A stretch of DNA of 64,000 nt from the human T2T-CHM13v2.0 reference genome, Homo sapiens. The stretch's first letter is position 1; the number at the start of each line of letters is the position of its first letter. Location of the stretch: the NCBI RefSeq assembly GCF_009914755.1, contig NC_060942.1; one strand, 5' to 3'. Below, in pieces: positions 15,884-33,985 of this stretch. The notes under the pieces were generated by a model. That model had not been told where the DNA came from, did not search any database, and saw only the letters and a list, made by a program, of their open reading frames with translations. The position numbers were made by a program, and so were the translations under genes.

Positions 15884-16754
15884 CTAGGTAAATTAAAATT
15901 CTATTTTACACTAAAATAAAATTCATTAAATTCTGTCTCCACCATTTCAATATTACATTTCAAATATTGCCTGCCTCACTATCCCACCCACCCTAAAGGG
16001 TCTCTCTTGGCAGGAAGGGGAAAGGGTGAGAGTGGGGACAGATTCTTTTTGTCACATCTATCAGAGAAATCTATCTGAGAAGCAAGGACCGCCTGATAAT
16101 TTGGAAACAGTGGAACTCAGTGGCATGACCTCTGGAGAGAGGGAAGGACAGGGTTTGTGATACACCGGAAGTGCCCTCTAGGTATAAAAGGATAATTTAG
16201 CACGTGCAAGCCATAACTCAGGAAGAAGCTACTGCTTTGAGAAATTACTATTGGGCAGTTATAAGCCGGCAGTCTCTACAGGTACTGAAAGCCATGTCCA
16301 CAAATGAGAAGGCAAGGTCCTGGACTCACTACATTTTTGTAAATAAAATGGAAGGACACAAATTTCAGTGTCAACAGAGGTGAATTCTCAGTAGCAGGGG
16401 CGGTGGGGGGAGAAACAGATGGCTTCTGTTTTGTTTTCATTTAATTTTGTTATGTGTTTTGTGTGTGTGTGTGTGTTTTCCATGTGTTCTGCAATAAACA
16501 CCCCAAACTTCTGGAATTAGAAAAGTTATTTTTAAGAATATAAGTGTTGGGATATGGGGGAAGATGTTATATCTTTCAAGACATTGTGAAGTGATGGCAT
16601 AAAAGTTACCATATAAAAAGGTCACTGCTGAGAGGCAAGCTGTGAACTTATAAAATGTTACTGTGAGAAAATATTTTGAAATTGATAGGACGTGTTGGAG
16701 AGTAAAGAATTTGTCAGTATCTCTAGGGTTAGAAATCACGATGAGTGCACTTCT

Positions 16755-16983
16755 GGCTCAGGGCCCTTGCACTGACTGTTCCCTCTGTCCTGACACTTTT
16801 CCCTAGATTTCTGCCTGCCATCCTTCCTCATTTCCTCAGGTATTTGCTCCAGATCTTCACCAGACCATGCTATATAGAAAGCATGCCCCACACTCTGTCA
16901 CGAACGTGTTTACCTGTTCATTGTCCTCCCCTCACTAGAACATCGTGTGCCTGAGAGCAGAGATTAGGTCTGTTTTGTTCATT

Positions 16984-17043
<60 letters not shown>

Positions 17044-17128
17044 TATATATATGCCTGGGGCTTGACACAATAGATATAATAGGTGCTCAAAGTATTTGTT
17101 GAATGGACAAATGAGTAAATGAATGAAG
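16755..17128 (+). mobile_element. L2a 3' end containing a (TA)n
   Basis: ctcagggcccttgcactg...taggtgctcaaagtatttgttgaatg...aatgaatgaa tail. Confidence 0.8.
16984..17052. repeat. (TA)n microsatellite
   Basis: Seen directly. Confidence 0.95.
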
Positions 17129-17359
17129 TCATTTCAAACCAGTTAGAGGTTTTAAGGGGTGGTACAAGTGTTATTTTCTGGTATTGTGTTGGGAGACCCA
17201 AGTCTGTCTCCTCATGGGCTCCTTGAAGGTGATGTGTACACTAGACTCTCAAATCAAAGCAATGGTCTTGGCCTCAAACTTCTACATATTTAATCTTTAA
17301 TGAGCTCTTCCAGTCCATGGGAAGAGGGTGTAAAGGACTTAGAGCTATAGAACCTAGAC

Positions 17360-18720
17360 TGTGGCTCATAAGTTTCAACTTCCACTAAAAGGAACCAGAG
17401 TAGAAAAATGGCTGATTTCATGCCTGGGGCTGAAAGCATACAAGATGAGCCTGGGACACCTTGTCATGCCTGAAAACAAAGAGCTCTTAATGTCTACTAG
17501 ATTGATGTCAAAATAGACCCCAGAACCAGCCTGAAGAGGTGCCCATTGCCCAAAGACAGGGCCATTTGAATAATGATGGCAGTGTTTTGAAACATACCAA
17601 ATATATAAAATCTATGAGTTCGTATAGATACTATTTAAAAAATACAAAATAAAACAAAATTAATCAGTTATCTTGGGAAATTGATAAGGTGCAAATTTAT
17701 TATTCTGGAAATTTATAAAAGGAAGGGAAAAAATTGAGCATTGTTCCTGTTCTTTTCTACAGTCTGTATTTCAAGATAACCAAATAAAGAGAAGAGATAA
17801 TGTTTCCTCTGTAGAAATCCATTCAAGCTAATAAATGAAGAGGGAAAGAGATGTTTAGAAAATCACCACTTTTCAAATCCCCAGTGAAATAATGGATCTA
17901 GGTAGCAATAATTAATGGTTGCTAACCATTAAGTAAAAGTCAATGGAAGATATGATAATGGGTGGATCAGGGTGAAAAACTAAACCCACTGATCAATGTC
18001 ATAGTCACTGAGGGTGGCAACCAGACTTAGGTGTCTCTCGGGCTGATGCAATCGGAAATACATGGCACCACCTAGGAAGTAATCTTGCATGCATGCATGC
18101 ACATACACACACACACACAAGCATTAATCTAATAAAGCCTTTGACTAACTCACAGGAGATAGAACTATTGGGGATAGAGGAAGAGATTAACAGACCGTCC
18201 CTGGAAGCAGTAAGCCAAATTCAGATATGTGAAAAATTCTGCAGGACAAATGACTCTCTTTCTTCAACAGCCTTATGGTTTTAAAGAAATAGAAGAGGGA
18301 AGTGTTAGATCAAAGGAGACTTGAGACAGAGCAGCCAAATGCAGTATGTGGCCCTTGTTTGCATCCTGACTTGAACAAACCAACCTCAAAGTTGTTTTCA
18401 AGATAATCAGGGAAGTGAAGATAAGCCAAGTATTAGATACTATTAGGAATTATAATACTTATTTTGTTGAATGTGATGATATTGTGATTAGAGTTTTTAA
18501 GGCATTATTTTTAAAACTATATACTGAAGTAGTTGCTCATACAAGTATATGATGTCTAGGATTTGCTTTAAAATACTCCAGCAAAAAATAGAAGTGGGAG
18601 AACAGCTGAGACAAGAGTGTTGAAAAGTGGGTCTTTGTGGAAGCAGGTGTGGTCTCTGTGGTTTTACAACCATGTGCCTTCTCCTCCTCATGGGAAGAAG
18701 GGCAGATTTGCTTTTTTTTT
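17360..18720 (+). mobile_element. L1MC4/5-type 3' region
   Basis: ccactaaaaggaaccag, caagatgagcctgg and gatgtctaggatttgctttaaaatactccagc motifs. Homologous to 42050-42665. Confidence 0.7.
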
Positions 18721-18921
18721 AAAAAAAACTTCCAATTTATCATAGACTAATACTTTTATAAAATACAATAAAAGTGAATTACCAAAAAAATTAAATGATA
18801 TAAAAAACCAGACATACAAGATGTAAGTCAAAATTTTTCATTGTATTCAACAGACATAAAATTATATTTCAATAAATATAATCAAAACAAACATATCATA
18901 TAAAAAGAGTAAAGACAAAAC

Positions 18922-19089
18922 TTTTTTTTTTTTTTTTTTTTGGAGGCAGAGTCTCACTCTGTTGCCCAGGCTGGAGTACAGTAGTGCTATCATAGTTTAC
19001 TGCAGCCTCCAACTCCTGGACTCAGGCGACCCTCCTGCCTCAGCCTCCTGAGAAGCTGGGACTACAGACATGAGCCACCTCACCTGGCC
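18922..19089 (-). mobile_element. Alu monomer (FRAM/AluJ-type)
   Basis: Poly-T followed by a single Alu arm. Confidence 0.85.
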
Positions 19090-19512
19090 AAGGCAGAAGA
19101 GATTTTAAAGCAATTTCAGCAAGCTCAGAATATTCATTTAAAACTGTTATCCAAAAATAAAGCAAATAATGTTATATTTTCAAAATTTGTCTTCAGTCCT
19201 TGGTCAGTAGACAGTTTCAATTTATTCTGTAAAGTCACAGTTTCATTTAAATTATCCACATCTATTGATGAAAGAAATAGATTCCAGAACCATAGTTTTC
19301 TTATGTGAGCATTGTATCTGATACAAATAAAATTCAAATTTCACAAGTATGCAGGTATACAGTAATAGGCCATCCACTACATTTCTGATTATTGTTGATG
19401 AGACAAAACATGTCATAAAAATCTGTAGAAATTCTAATTTTTGGTTTTGCCTTTTGATGTTTTCTTGCATTCCTACCTTACATGAAAATTTAAAGATCAT
19501 TAAAAATACCTA

Positions 19513-19915
19513 ACAAATACCATATGATCTCACTCATATCTAGAATCTAAAATAAAGTAGAAGCAGAGAGTAGAACAGTGGTTACCAGAGAGTGGGGAGG
19601 GGAGAGAGAAGAGGAGAATGTGGAAAGGTTGGTCAATGGGTACAAGGGTACAATAGGCAAGATAAGTCCTAGCATCTATGGCACAGTAGGGTGACCACGG
19701 TGAACAGTAAGGTATTGTATATCACAAAATAGCTACAAGAGAGGTTTTTGAATGTTCTTACCATAAAGAAATAAGTACATGAGGTAGTAAACATGCTAAA
19801 TACACAGATTTGATCATTATACAACACATATGTATCAAAACATCGAATTGTACCTCATAATATGTGCAATTACAAGTGTGTCAATTTAAAAATTAATTAA
19901 TTAAAAAATAAATTT
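19513..19915 (+). mobile_element. L1MA 3' end inserted in the Charlie element
   Basis: agcagagagtagaacagtggttaccagag...caaaatagctacaagagagg...A-rich tail. Confidence 0.8.
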
Positions 19916-20420
19916 AAGAGACCTGAGATATCAGAAAAATCAGTAAGTCTGGATGTCCAGTTTACTCTTTAAACACTGGGTCAAATGGATTCCTTATCTT
20001 GCGGAAGCGTGATGACTTTGTTCTGTATTTTGTTCCTGACAGACTTCTGCCAAAACGATTGTATCTCAACATGCAGTAAGAGATTATTGTGTTCCACTCA
20101 CATATTATCACATAAAAGAAGGAAAATCTTTAGTGCATTTGTCTTCATGTAATTCACAAATTCTTGATTCATTACTGGATATACTATTCAGTTCACTGGG
20201 GGTCTTTTAGGATTTGTTTTAGTGTTTTTGGTAGCAAGACTTTCTCACGGAATGAAACCATGCATTTGACTTACATTCTGCCACAAACTCCTTAATCTGG
20301 ATGACTGCTCTCTCTGCTCCAGAATATTCTCCTGTTATTGCAGCTGTCAGAACACAAGAATACTCTCTCCACGCACTTTAAACTCAAAGCCACATTTGTG
20401 GACAATGTATTCTTTCATAG

Positions 20421-20732
20421 GTTGTTGTTGTTGTTGTTGTTGTTGTTTGAGATAGGGTGGTCTTCACTCTGTTGCCCGGGCTGGAGTACAGTGATGTAAT
20501 CACGGTTCACTGCTGCCTTGGCCTCCCAGGTTCAAATGAGCCTTCCACTTCAGCCTCCCAAGTAGCTAGGACCACAGGTGTGCACCACCACCCTGTTAAT
20601 TTTTTTAGTTTTTGAAGAGAGAGCGTCCCACTATGCTGTCCAGGCTAGTCCCAAACTTCCAGGCTCAAGGGATCTTCCTGCCTCAGCCTCCCAAAGTGTT
20701 GGGATTACAGATATGAGCCACCACACTCAGCC
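20421..20732 (-). mobile_element. AluJ with (GTT)n tail
   Basis: TSD tctttcatag at 20411-20420 and 20733-20742. Confidence 0.92.
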
Positions 20733-21427
20733 TCTTTCATAGTTTTATGTAGTTCACAGCTAGTTGTGTTGATTGGTAATGGAGCTAAATTCTTCATATC
20801 GGCATCGTGTTCAAATTGCACACATACTAGAACTGTACCATTAGCAAACCCACACATTCTTTGAACTGCAGTGAAAAATTCACCAGTTTTATCTGTTCTA
20901 AGAGTTGGTTTTCTGTATCACTGGTCAGTTCTTGAGTACATCAAGCTATGTTGTTGAAACATGGGGTTAAAATAACACAGGTTTAAAAATAAATAATTGG
21001 ACTTTTATTTCTCTAATTTAATAATTTGCTAAACCTAAACCAAACAAGCTTGAATAAAAATTGAAAATAAGAAGTTAGAAAATAAGTAAATGCTTACATT
21101 TCTCAGATTTTGATAATTTTGGATTTCAATCATCACACTAAAACTGAAACCATACATGTTGTAACATGTATCTAGCACACAGACTATACCATGCACAATT
21201 TGTCATGTAAGTTTCACAAATGCAAACTGGTCCTGCCCTGGAGATGAGTCTAGTGGTCACACACTTGGGTGTCATGGCAGTGTCCGACTGCTGTAGAAGT
21301 TACTCAGTGCTTGCTCTAGTTTCCGTACTGATTTTCTCAGGGATCAGGAACAGATTGTGGACAGCATGAGTTCATGGAGCACAGTTTGAGTAGCATGGCA
21401 TTGTACTATTCTCTGTGCTTTTGAGTG

Positions 21428-23134
<1,707 letters not shown>

Positions 23135-24141
23135 ATGGGGAAAAAACAGAACAGAAAAACTGAAAATTCTAAAAATCAGAGCTCCTCTCCTCCTCCAAAG
23201 GAATGCAGCTCCTCACCAGCAATGGAACACAGCTGGACGGAGAATGACTTTGACAAGTTGAGAGAAGAAGGCTACAGACAATCAACCTTCTCTGAGTTAA
23301 AGGAGGAAGTTCGAACCCATCATAAAGAAGTTAGAAACCTTGAAATAAGATTACAGGAATTGCTAACTAGAATAACCAATGCAGATAAGTCCTTAAAGGA
23401 CCTGATGGAGATGAAAACCATGGCATGAGAACTACGTGACGGATGCACAACCTTCAGTAGCTGATTTGATCAACTGGAAGAAAGGGTATCAGTGATGGAA
23501 CATCAAATGAATGAAATGAAGTGAGAAGAGAAGTTTAGAGAAAAAACAATAAAAAGAAACAAAGCCTCCAAGAAATATAGGAATATGTGAATAGACCAAA
23601 TCTACGTCTGATTGGTGTACCTGAAAGTGATGGGGAGAACAGAACCAAGCTGGAAAACACTCTGCAGGATATTACCCAGGAGAACTTCCCCAACCTAGCA
23701 AGGCAGGCCAACACTCAAATTCAGGAAATACAGAGAATGCCACAAAGATACTCCTCGAGAAGAGCAACTCCAAGACACATAATTGTCAGATTCACCAAAG
23801 TTGAAATGAAGGAAAAAATGTTAAGGGCAGCCAGAGAGAACGGTCAGGTTACCCACAAAGGGAAGCCCATCAGACTAACAGCTGATCTCTTGGCAGAAAC
23901 TCTACAAGCCAGAAGAGAGTGGGGGCCAATATTCAACGTGCTTAAAGAATTTTCAAGCCAGAATTTCATATCCAGCCAAACTAAGCTTCATAATTGAAGG
24001 AGAAGTAAAATACTTTACAGACAAGCAAATGCTGAGAGATTTTGTCACTACCAGGCCTGCCCTAAAAGAGCTCCTGAAGGAAGCACTAAACATGGAAAGG
24101 AACAACTGTACCAGCCACTGCAAAAACATGCCAAATTGTAA
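23135..24141 (+). pseudogene. L1 ORF1p, disrupted
   Basis: MGKKQNRKTENSKNQS..., RPNLRLIGVPE and REWG motifs. Stop at 23426-23428, further stops and frameshifts. Confidence 0.93.
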
Positions 24142-24204
24142 AGACCATCGAGGCTAGGAAGAAACTGCATCAACTAACGAGCAAAATAACCAGCTAACAT
24201 CATA

Positions 24205-28028
<3,824 letters not shown>

Positions 28029-28239
28029 ACAATGAGAACACTTGGACACAGGAAGGGGAACATCACACACCAGGGCCTGTCGTGGGGTCGGGGGAGTGGG
28101 GAGGGATAGCATTAGGAGAAATACCTAATGTAAATGACGAGTCTATGGGTGCAGCACACCAGCATGGCACATGTATACATATGTAACAAACCTGCACATT
28201 GTGCACATGTACCCTAGAATTTAAAGTATTATAAAAAAA

Positions 28240-28299
28240 AAGAAGAAAAGAGAGAAGAATCAAATAGACACAATAAAAAATGACAAAGGGGATATCACC
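28240..28299 (+). other. L1-ORF2-derived segment between two poly(A) tracts (probable 3' transduction)
   Basis: Matches internal L1 sequence at ~25350-25408 and ~44127-44186. AATAAA at 28272-28277 lies ~22 nt before the second poly(A). The segment is inside the TSD. Confidence 0.8.
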
Positions 28300-28319
28300 A
28301 AAAAAAAAAAAAATAAAAA

Positions 28320-28485
28320 CGTATAATGTTAGCTGCGGTTTTTCGGATGCCCTTTATCATGGTAAGGAAGTTTCCTTCTATTCCTAGTTTGTTGATTGCT
28401 TTTATCATGAAAGATTGCTGAATTTTTGTCAAATGCTTTTTCTCCTTCTATTGAGATTATGTGGCTTTAGCCTTTATTCTATTGA
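28320..28485 (-). mobile_element. Old L1M ORF2 fragment
   Basis: gttagctgcggttttt...ggaagtttccttctattcctagtttg...tgtcaaatgctttttct. Confidence 0.8.
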
Positions 28486-28519
28486 AAGTGGGAGAAGGCA
28501 CCACAAAGGGTGGTGATGA

Positions 28520-28798
28520 TTTTTTTTTGAGATGTAATCTAGCTCTGTCGCCAGGCTGAAGCACAAGCTCAGCTCACTGCAATCTCATCCTCCTGGGTTC
28601 AAGTGATTCTCCTGCCTCAGCCTCCCAAGTAGCTGGGATTACAGGCACGCGCTGCCATGGCCAGCTAAGTTTTGTATGTTTAGTAGAGACGGGGTTTCAC
28701 CATGTTGGTCAGGATGGTCCTCATCTCCTGACCTCATGATCCACCCACCTCGGCCTCCCAAAGTGCTGGGATTACAGCCGTGAGCCCACGCGCCCGGC
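28520..28798 (-). mobile_element. AluSc-like
   Basis: tcgccaggctg and caggatggtc diagnostics. TSD ggtggtgat. Confidence 0.9.
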
Positions 28799-28893
28799 AA
28801 GGTGGTGATCTTTTAAGGCCCAGCCACTCGGTCCTCTAGTGAAATGTGGCCATTAACTGTCCTGAGATCTGACCAACCATAGGAGCAACTTAC

Positions 28894-28918
28894 CCCTTAG
28901 AGGGAGACTGTGTTGGGG
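28894..28918 (-). other. Candidate 25-bp microexon
   Basis: Minus strand reads ccttctctccatgcttctctttcag|CCCCAACACAGTCTCCCTCTAAGGG|gtaagt, with near-ideal sites on both sides. Confidence 0.35.
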
Positions 28919-29023
28919 CTGAAAGAGAAGCATGGAGAGAAGGTTTGGAAATGCTCTTTTTCCAACTGGAAACTCTTAGAGGACAGGGAAATTATTTTAT
29001 ACATTTATAAATTATCTATTTGT

Positions 29024-29404
<381 letters not shown>

Positions 29405-31509
29405 TTACATTTTAAGACTGGTATTGACAAGTGTGGGTCAACCCAGGATATGGCATCTGGAAGGTGGAGAGGTCTGGAAAATGTATAATATGAGCCACAC
29501 CTGTAGGTTTGGGTCATTGCTAGGGCTGGGAGGGGGATTTTCTTTATTACAGAAATACAGCAGAACAAAGGCTACTGACTGAAGGATACAACAGGGACAC
29601 GGTTTAAGGCTCTAACAATATAAAGAAGATGCTTCCAACAATCAGCCCTTTAAGCAGAGGAAGTGCTGCTTTGAGAAGCTGCATGAGCTTAGAGCAGCAC
29701 AAAGGGGCCTCTGGTGCCAAGTAGAGAATTAAGCCCAAGAGCTTCCAAATCTGAGTTTATGAAAACTAACTTCATATGGGATTTGAGAGAAAGATAAGGG
29801 AATGATTGAACCAAACATTTAAAAACCAGATTTACATTTTAAAAATCCCATTTAAAAAAAGAAATCCTATTTCTTTTCTCTTTATCCACCCTGCAGATAA
29901 TGTATTTCAAAGACATTGTACGCCTCACATGTTTATGTTGTATTATCATTAGGTCTTTAGAGTTAAATATAATCAGTCTTCGGGAATATTGAGTTTTTGT
30001 GCCATTATGTCCTGAAATCATTTATATCAAAGCTGAAATGGATTAAAGTAAACATACTTTTGTCTCCGAAAGTTCAAGGTTATCTATGACTTTGGAGTTG
30101 GTAACTAGCTTTTACTTATAGGAATATAGCTGGCATTTGACTGAAAACATTCTGCATCAGGGACAAAGGTGGACTTCAGTTAAAGGTCACATTTTACTTC
30201 AGTTTTCTGTTTTTCTAACAAATGATTTGTTGCAAAATTAACAAATCTGAAACAGTTTAACATAAATCATAGCTAGTATATGCTTAAACATATGAACTAA
30301 TAAAAGTCACCTTCTGAAGTTTCAAAGAATGGCAGGTATTTCTAATTTACAACTGGGTGACTGCTATTTTAATAGTAATGTGATGAACTTGTGAATTTTA
30401 GTAAATTTAATTATTGAGGAAATAACTGCATTTTGCTTATTGCATATTTGGTGTGATTAAACTTTACAGGAGAAAAAAGAATCCTCCATGTAAGAGTTTT
30501 AAACATTTTTCTGACTGCCTCAGTGACATTTGGTGCAAAACTAATGAACTCTGTTTTGTACCTAATGTGCAGTTATACTTCTTTATCACAAGCTGAGCTA
30601 GATTTGGTCAGAAGCAGCCTGTTGTAAATCAGTCACTGCTGCCACAATTCACCAGAATCAAGCCAATTCTAGAAAGATTGTTTCTTAACTTGAGCCCTTT
30701 CTTTATTAGTAATTTGCCACAATTTTATTTTATAGTCTCATTTCATCCTAACACTTTCTCTATCATAAAAATGTCAATTATTTCTGTTAATATTTTATAT
30801 TAATTTGTTAAAGCAAGCTTATACAATGCCATAAACCTGTTCTGCTAGAGATTTGGTTGGGGGTGGGGAAGCCAACACAACAGACCAGTATCATAGGTCA
30901 AATATCAAATCCAATTGTTAAAAAAAGTTAATTGAGGGCTGGCAATAGTGGGTAAAGAATATAAAGCAGGCTCCTGGCTTCAGGAACCCACAGCCTGATG
31001 GTGGAGGCACACATGTGAAGAGGCCATTATGTTACAATTCAGGGGAATAATGGTGGGAGAGCAGAGGGGCACCAGCCAGCCAGTCCAAGGGAAAATATAG
31101 TATTGATATGTATTTTCAGAGGCCCCTTGACTTAGTGGCCCTTCACTAGATTTAATAAAATTAAGAGTAATATAATGCATTTAGGTCTCTTTTTATTTTA
31201 AAATGCAAAATAACCTTGTATTTTGGTAGGCTGGGTACAGTGGATTGCCCTCTCCAGTGTAGGTGGGTATCATCCAATCCAATTAAATCCTGAATAGAAC
31301 AAAAAGGTGGAGTAAGGGAGAATTTGCTCTCTTTCTCTGCCTGACTGTTTTCGAGCTGAGACTTCTGTCTTCTCCTGCCTTAGGAATTGGACTTGAACTG
31401 AAACTTATTCCATTGGCTCTCCTGGGTCTCCAGCTTGGCAACTACAGATCTTGGGACTTCTCAACTTCTATAATTGTGTGGACCAGTTCCTTATAATTAA
31501 TCTGTCTCT

Positions 31510-31855
31510 CTCTTCAACTTCCAAAGGGGTTATTCCCAATAAGCCCATCCAAAATTAAAAATATTGTAAGTCAAAAATGCATTTAATACACCTAACTTAC
31601 TGAACATCATAGCTTAGCTTAGACTGCCTTAAACATATTCAAAACACTTACATTAGCCTACAGTTGGGCAAAATCATGTATTTTATAATAAAGCATTGAA
31701 TATCTCATGTAATTTATTGAATAATATGCTGAAAGTGAAAAACAGAATGGTGGTATGAGTGCTCAAAGTAGGATTTCAACCAAATGCCTGTCACTTTCAC
31801 ACCATCCTAAAACTGAAAAAATTTAAGTCAAACCATCATAAGTCAGGGACTTCTG
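31510..31855 (+). mobile_element. MER47A (TcMar-Tigger)
   Basis: gcatttaatacacctaac...acttacattagcctacagttgggcaaaatcat...aaccatcataagtcagggac. Confidence 0.85.
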
Positions 31856-31929
31856 TATACAGTAGCATATATATACTATGTGTACACACACGCACACACA
31901 CACACAGTCACACACTCACACAGTAGTCA

Positions 31930-32337
31930 CAGTAGTACCCCCTTATCTGCAGTTTTGCTTTCCACAGTTTCAGTTACCTGCCATCAATCACAAAATGAAA
32001 ATATTATATGGGAAACTGCTGAAATACAAAATTCATAGCTTTTTTAAAGAAAAACATAAAAGAAAGAGAAAAAAAGAATTCAGAGTTTTTAATTGCATGC
32101 TGTTCTGAATAGAGTGATGAAAACTTGCGCCATCCTGCCCAGGATGTGAATAATCCTTTTTCATCCCTTTTTCTGGTGTGTCCACGCTGTATACCCCACC
32201 TACCCATTAGCCACTTAGTAGCCATCTCAGTTACCAGATCAACTGACAGAGTGTATATAGGTTTCATACTATCTGAGGTTTTGGGCATCCACCGGCAGTC
32301 TTGGAATGTATCCCCCATAGATAAGAGGGGACTACTT
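31930..32337 (+). mobile_element. MER44A (Tigger7-derived)
   Basis: TIRs cagtagtacccccttatc ... gataagaggggactact. Confidence 0.85.
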
Positions 32338-32367
32338 GCTCTCATTCTCTGTCTTTCACTCTGTCTT

Positions 32368-32370
<3 letters not shown>

Positions 32371-32413
<43 letters not shown>
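32371..32413. repeat. (CA)n microsatellite, ~21 units
   Basis: Seen directly. Confidence 0.97.
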
Positions 32414-32415
<2 letters not shown>

Positions 32416-33574
32416 TAGTTCTGTTTCTCTGGAAAATCCCAAGAAAATATACATAATCAACCTGTGAATACCCATCAGTTTCCAGTAGAAATGGTGTGTT
32501 TCTGCCTCCACAGAGGGCTTCTCAACCCAATTAGACAAACTGAACCAATATTAAAATATTTATTTCATTGACCTAAGGTGGCCAGGGTATTATGTGGAAT
32601 GTGCTGTTCAATTTAATTTTCCAGTTAAGTGAGGACGAATCCATTTCTTCCTCAAAGACTCCAAAGCTTTCTCCTTTCTCCTGTGAGTTTTACCTTCAGA
32701 ATGAACATTGTAATCAGAAGGAGGAATCAAAGTAGCTTCTAAGACTGTCTTGTTTCCAAAACTGGGGTGCTCAGATCAACAGCCAGAACCACTCAGGGCC
32801 CCATTAAAAGTGTGGACGTCTGGGCCCCCTTGGATGCCCCTGGGGAACCCTATGGGGATGACTGGACTTCAGGGACCCACGTGAAGCTGGATCACAGTCC
32901 AGTGAGAAGGTCTCAGAGCATATCCAACAGTCATTTTCACTGCTGCCTTTTACAGTTAATTATAGCAAGATGTGCAGGTTTTTTTTTTAGAACCAACTCT
33001 AGTTTCTGCCATTTCCAATCAATCTTAGTTTTTGCAGCCCTGCTAGTTCACACAGACAACTGACACTTCTGTCTACTGTGGAGTAGCTTTAGGGAAAGAG
33101 ATTATTTCCTTTTCTTCTTCTCCATTTCCACCCTAGGTTTTTTCTGTTTAACTAAAGAAATCAGAAATTGGTCAAATCTGTATTTTCAGGGGATCTTTGT
33201 CTAGCTGTGTTAGGACTGTACTTGGTGATGTGGTGGCAGAATAAACCCGATTGATAAAATGTGCCATGTCTAGATGTACAGGCAACAAAATTGTTTTCTC
33301 CAAGTGAGAACTATGGCCCCAAATGGAGTCCTACAGGGATTACCTCAACAAGGGAGAGGTCTAGTTTCATGGAGTCTTTCATTCGTCCCCACACTGCTGT
33401 CCTTTCCTCTGGGGGATCTCTACCCTTCCTAATCTACAGGAGAGAAGACAGTGTTTAGATTGAGATGTTTAAGCATCACTATCCAATTGCTCCAGTTAAC
33501 TACATAAATAGGTTGGCATGACCTTGTTATATAAAGTTCAAAATTTAACTCTATGACCCCTTCTCTGGAAGTTT

Positions 33575-33712
33575 CATCCAAATGTCTATAACCTGATGAA
33601 CAGATAAACCAAAATGTGGTATATCCACACAATGCAATGTGAATTGACCATAAGAAGAAATGAGTGAGCCTAAAAACATTATGCTAAATGAAACAATTCA
33701 GTCACAGAAGGC
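33575..33712 (+). mobile_element. Old L1M 3' fragment
   Basis: aaaatgtggtatatccacacaatg...aaacattatgctaaatgaa. Confidence 0.7.
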
Positions 33713-33849
33713 ACTTGAAGGGCCCTGCTGGACCAAAGCCACAGTACACCTGTACCCAAATGGCAAATCTTCAGTGAGGGCTCTGGGAAGAGAAACTCCT
33801 TCCCAGAAAGAGAAGAAGGATGGCTCAACAATCTGATCCTTGCCTTTGG

Positions 33850-33985
33850 ACTTTGGACCTTCTATTTACTAGCTTTATGGCCTTAATCAGAACTCAGATT
33901 TCTCTGAACATTAATTTTCTCATCAGCAAACTTAGGAAAACACTGTCTTCATTTGTGAGGATTGAATGAGACTGTGTGTTTCAGT
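33850..33985 (+). mobile_element. MIR, degenerate
   Basis: tctctgaacattaattttctcatc...ttgtgaggattgaatgaga. Confidence 0.55.

Larger units (their letters stand above)
18735..21400 (-). mobile_element. Fossil hAT-Charlie DNA transposon with transposase remnants
   Basis: Minus-strand translations [21 protein letters not shown] (~19095-19155, hAT C-terminal dimerisation region) and DTENQLLEQIKLVNFSLQ (~20870-20925). Charlie-type end cacagtttgagtagcatgg. Confidence 0.75.
31230..32453 (+). mobile_element. ERVL LTR MLT2 (MLT2B/D-like) hosting two Tigger MITEs
   Basis: gattgccctctccagtgtaggtggg...tgaatagaacaaaaagg. The 3' end is gttctgtttctctggaaaatccc...taca. Confidence 0.8.

Noticed and set aside
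28084-28105. G-quadruplex-like G-runs (also 46846-46869)
   Set aside because: Ordinary, well-known L1 3' UTR G-tract.
30180-30246. Minus-strand frame FVNFATNHLLEKQKTEVKCDL* after a possible acceptor
   Set aside because: Short, unrecognised and without a supporting upstream exon.
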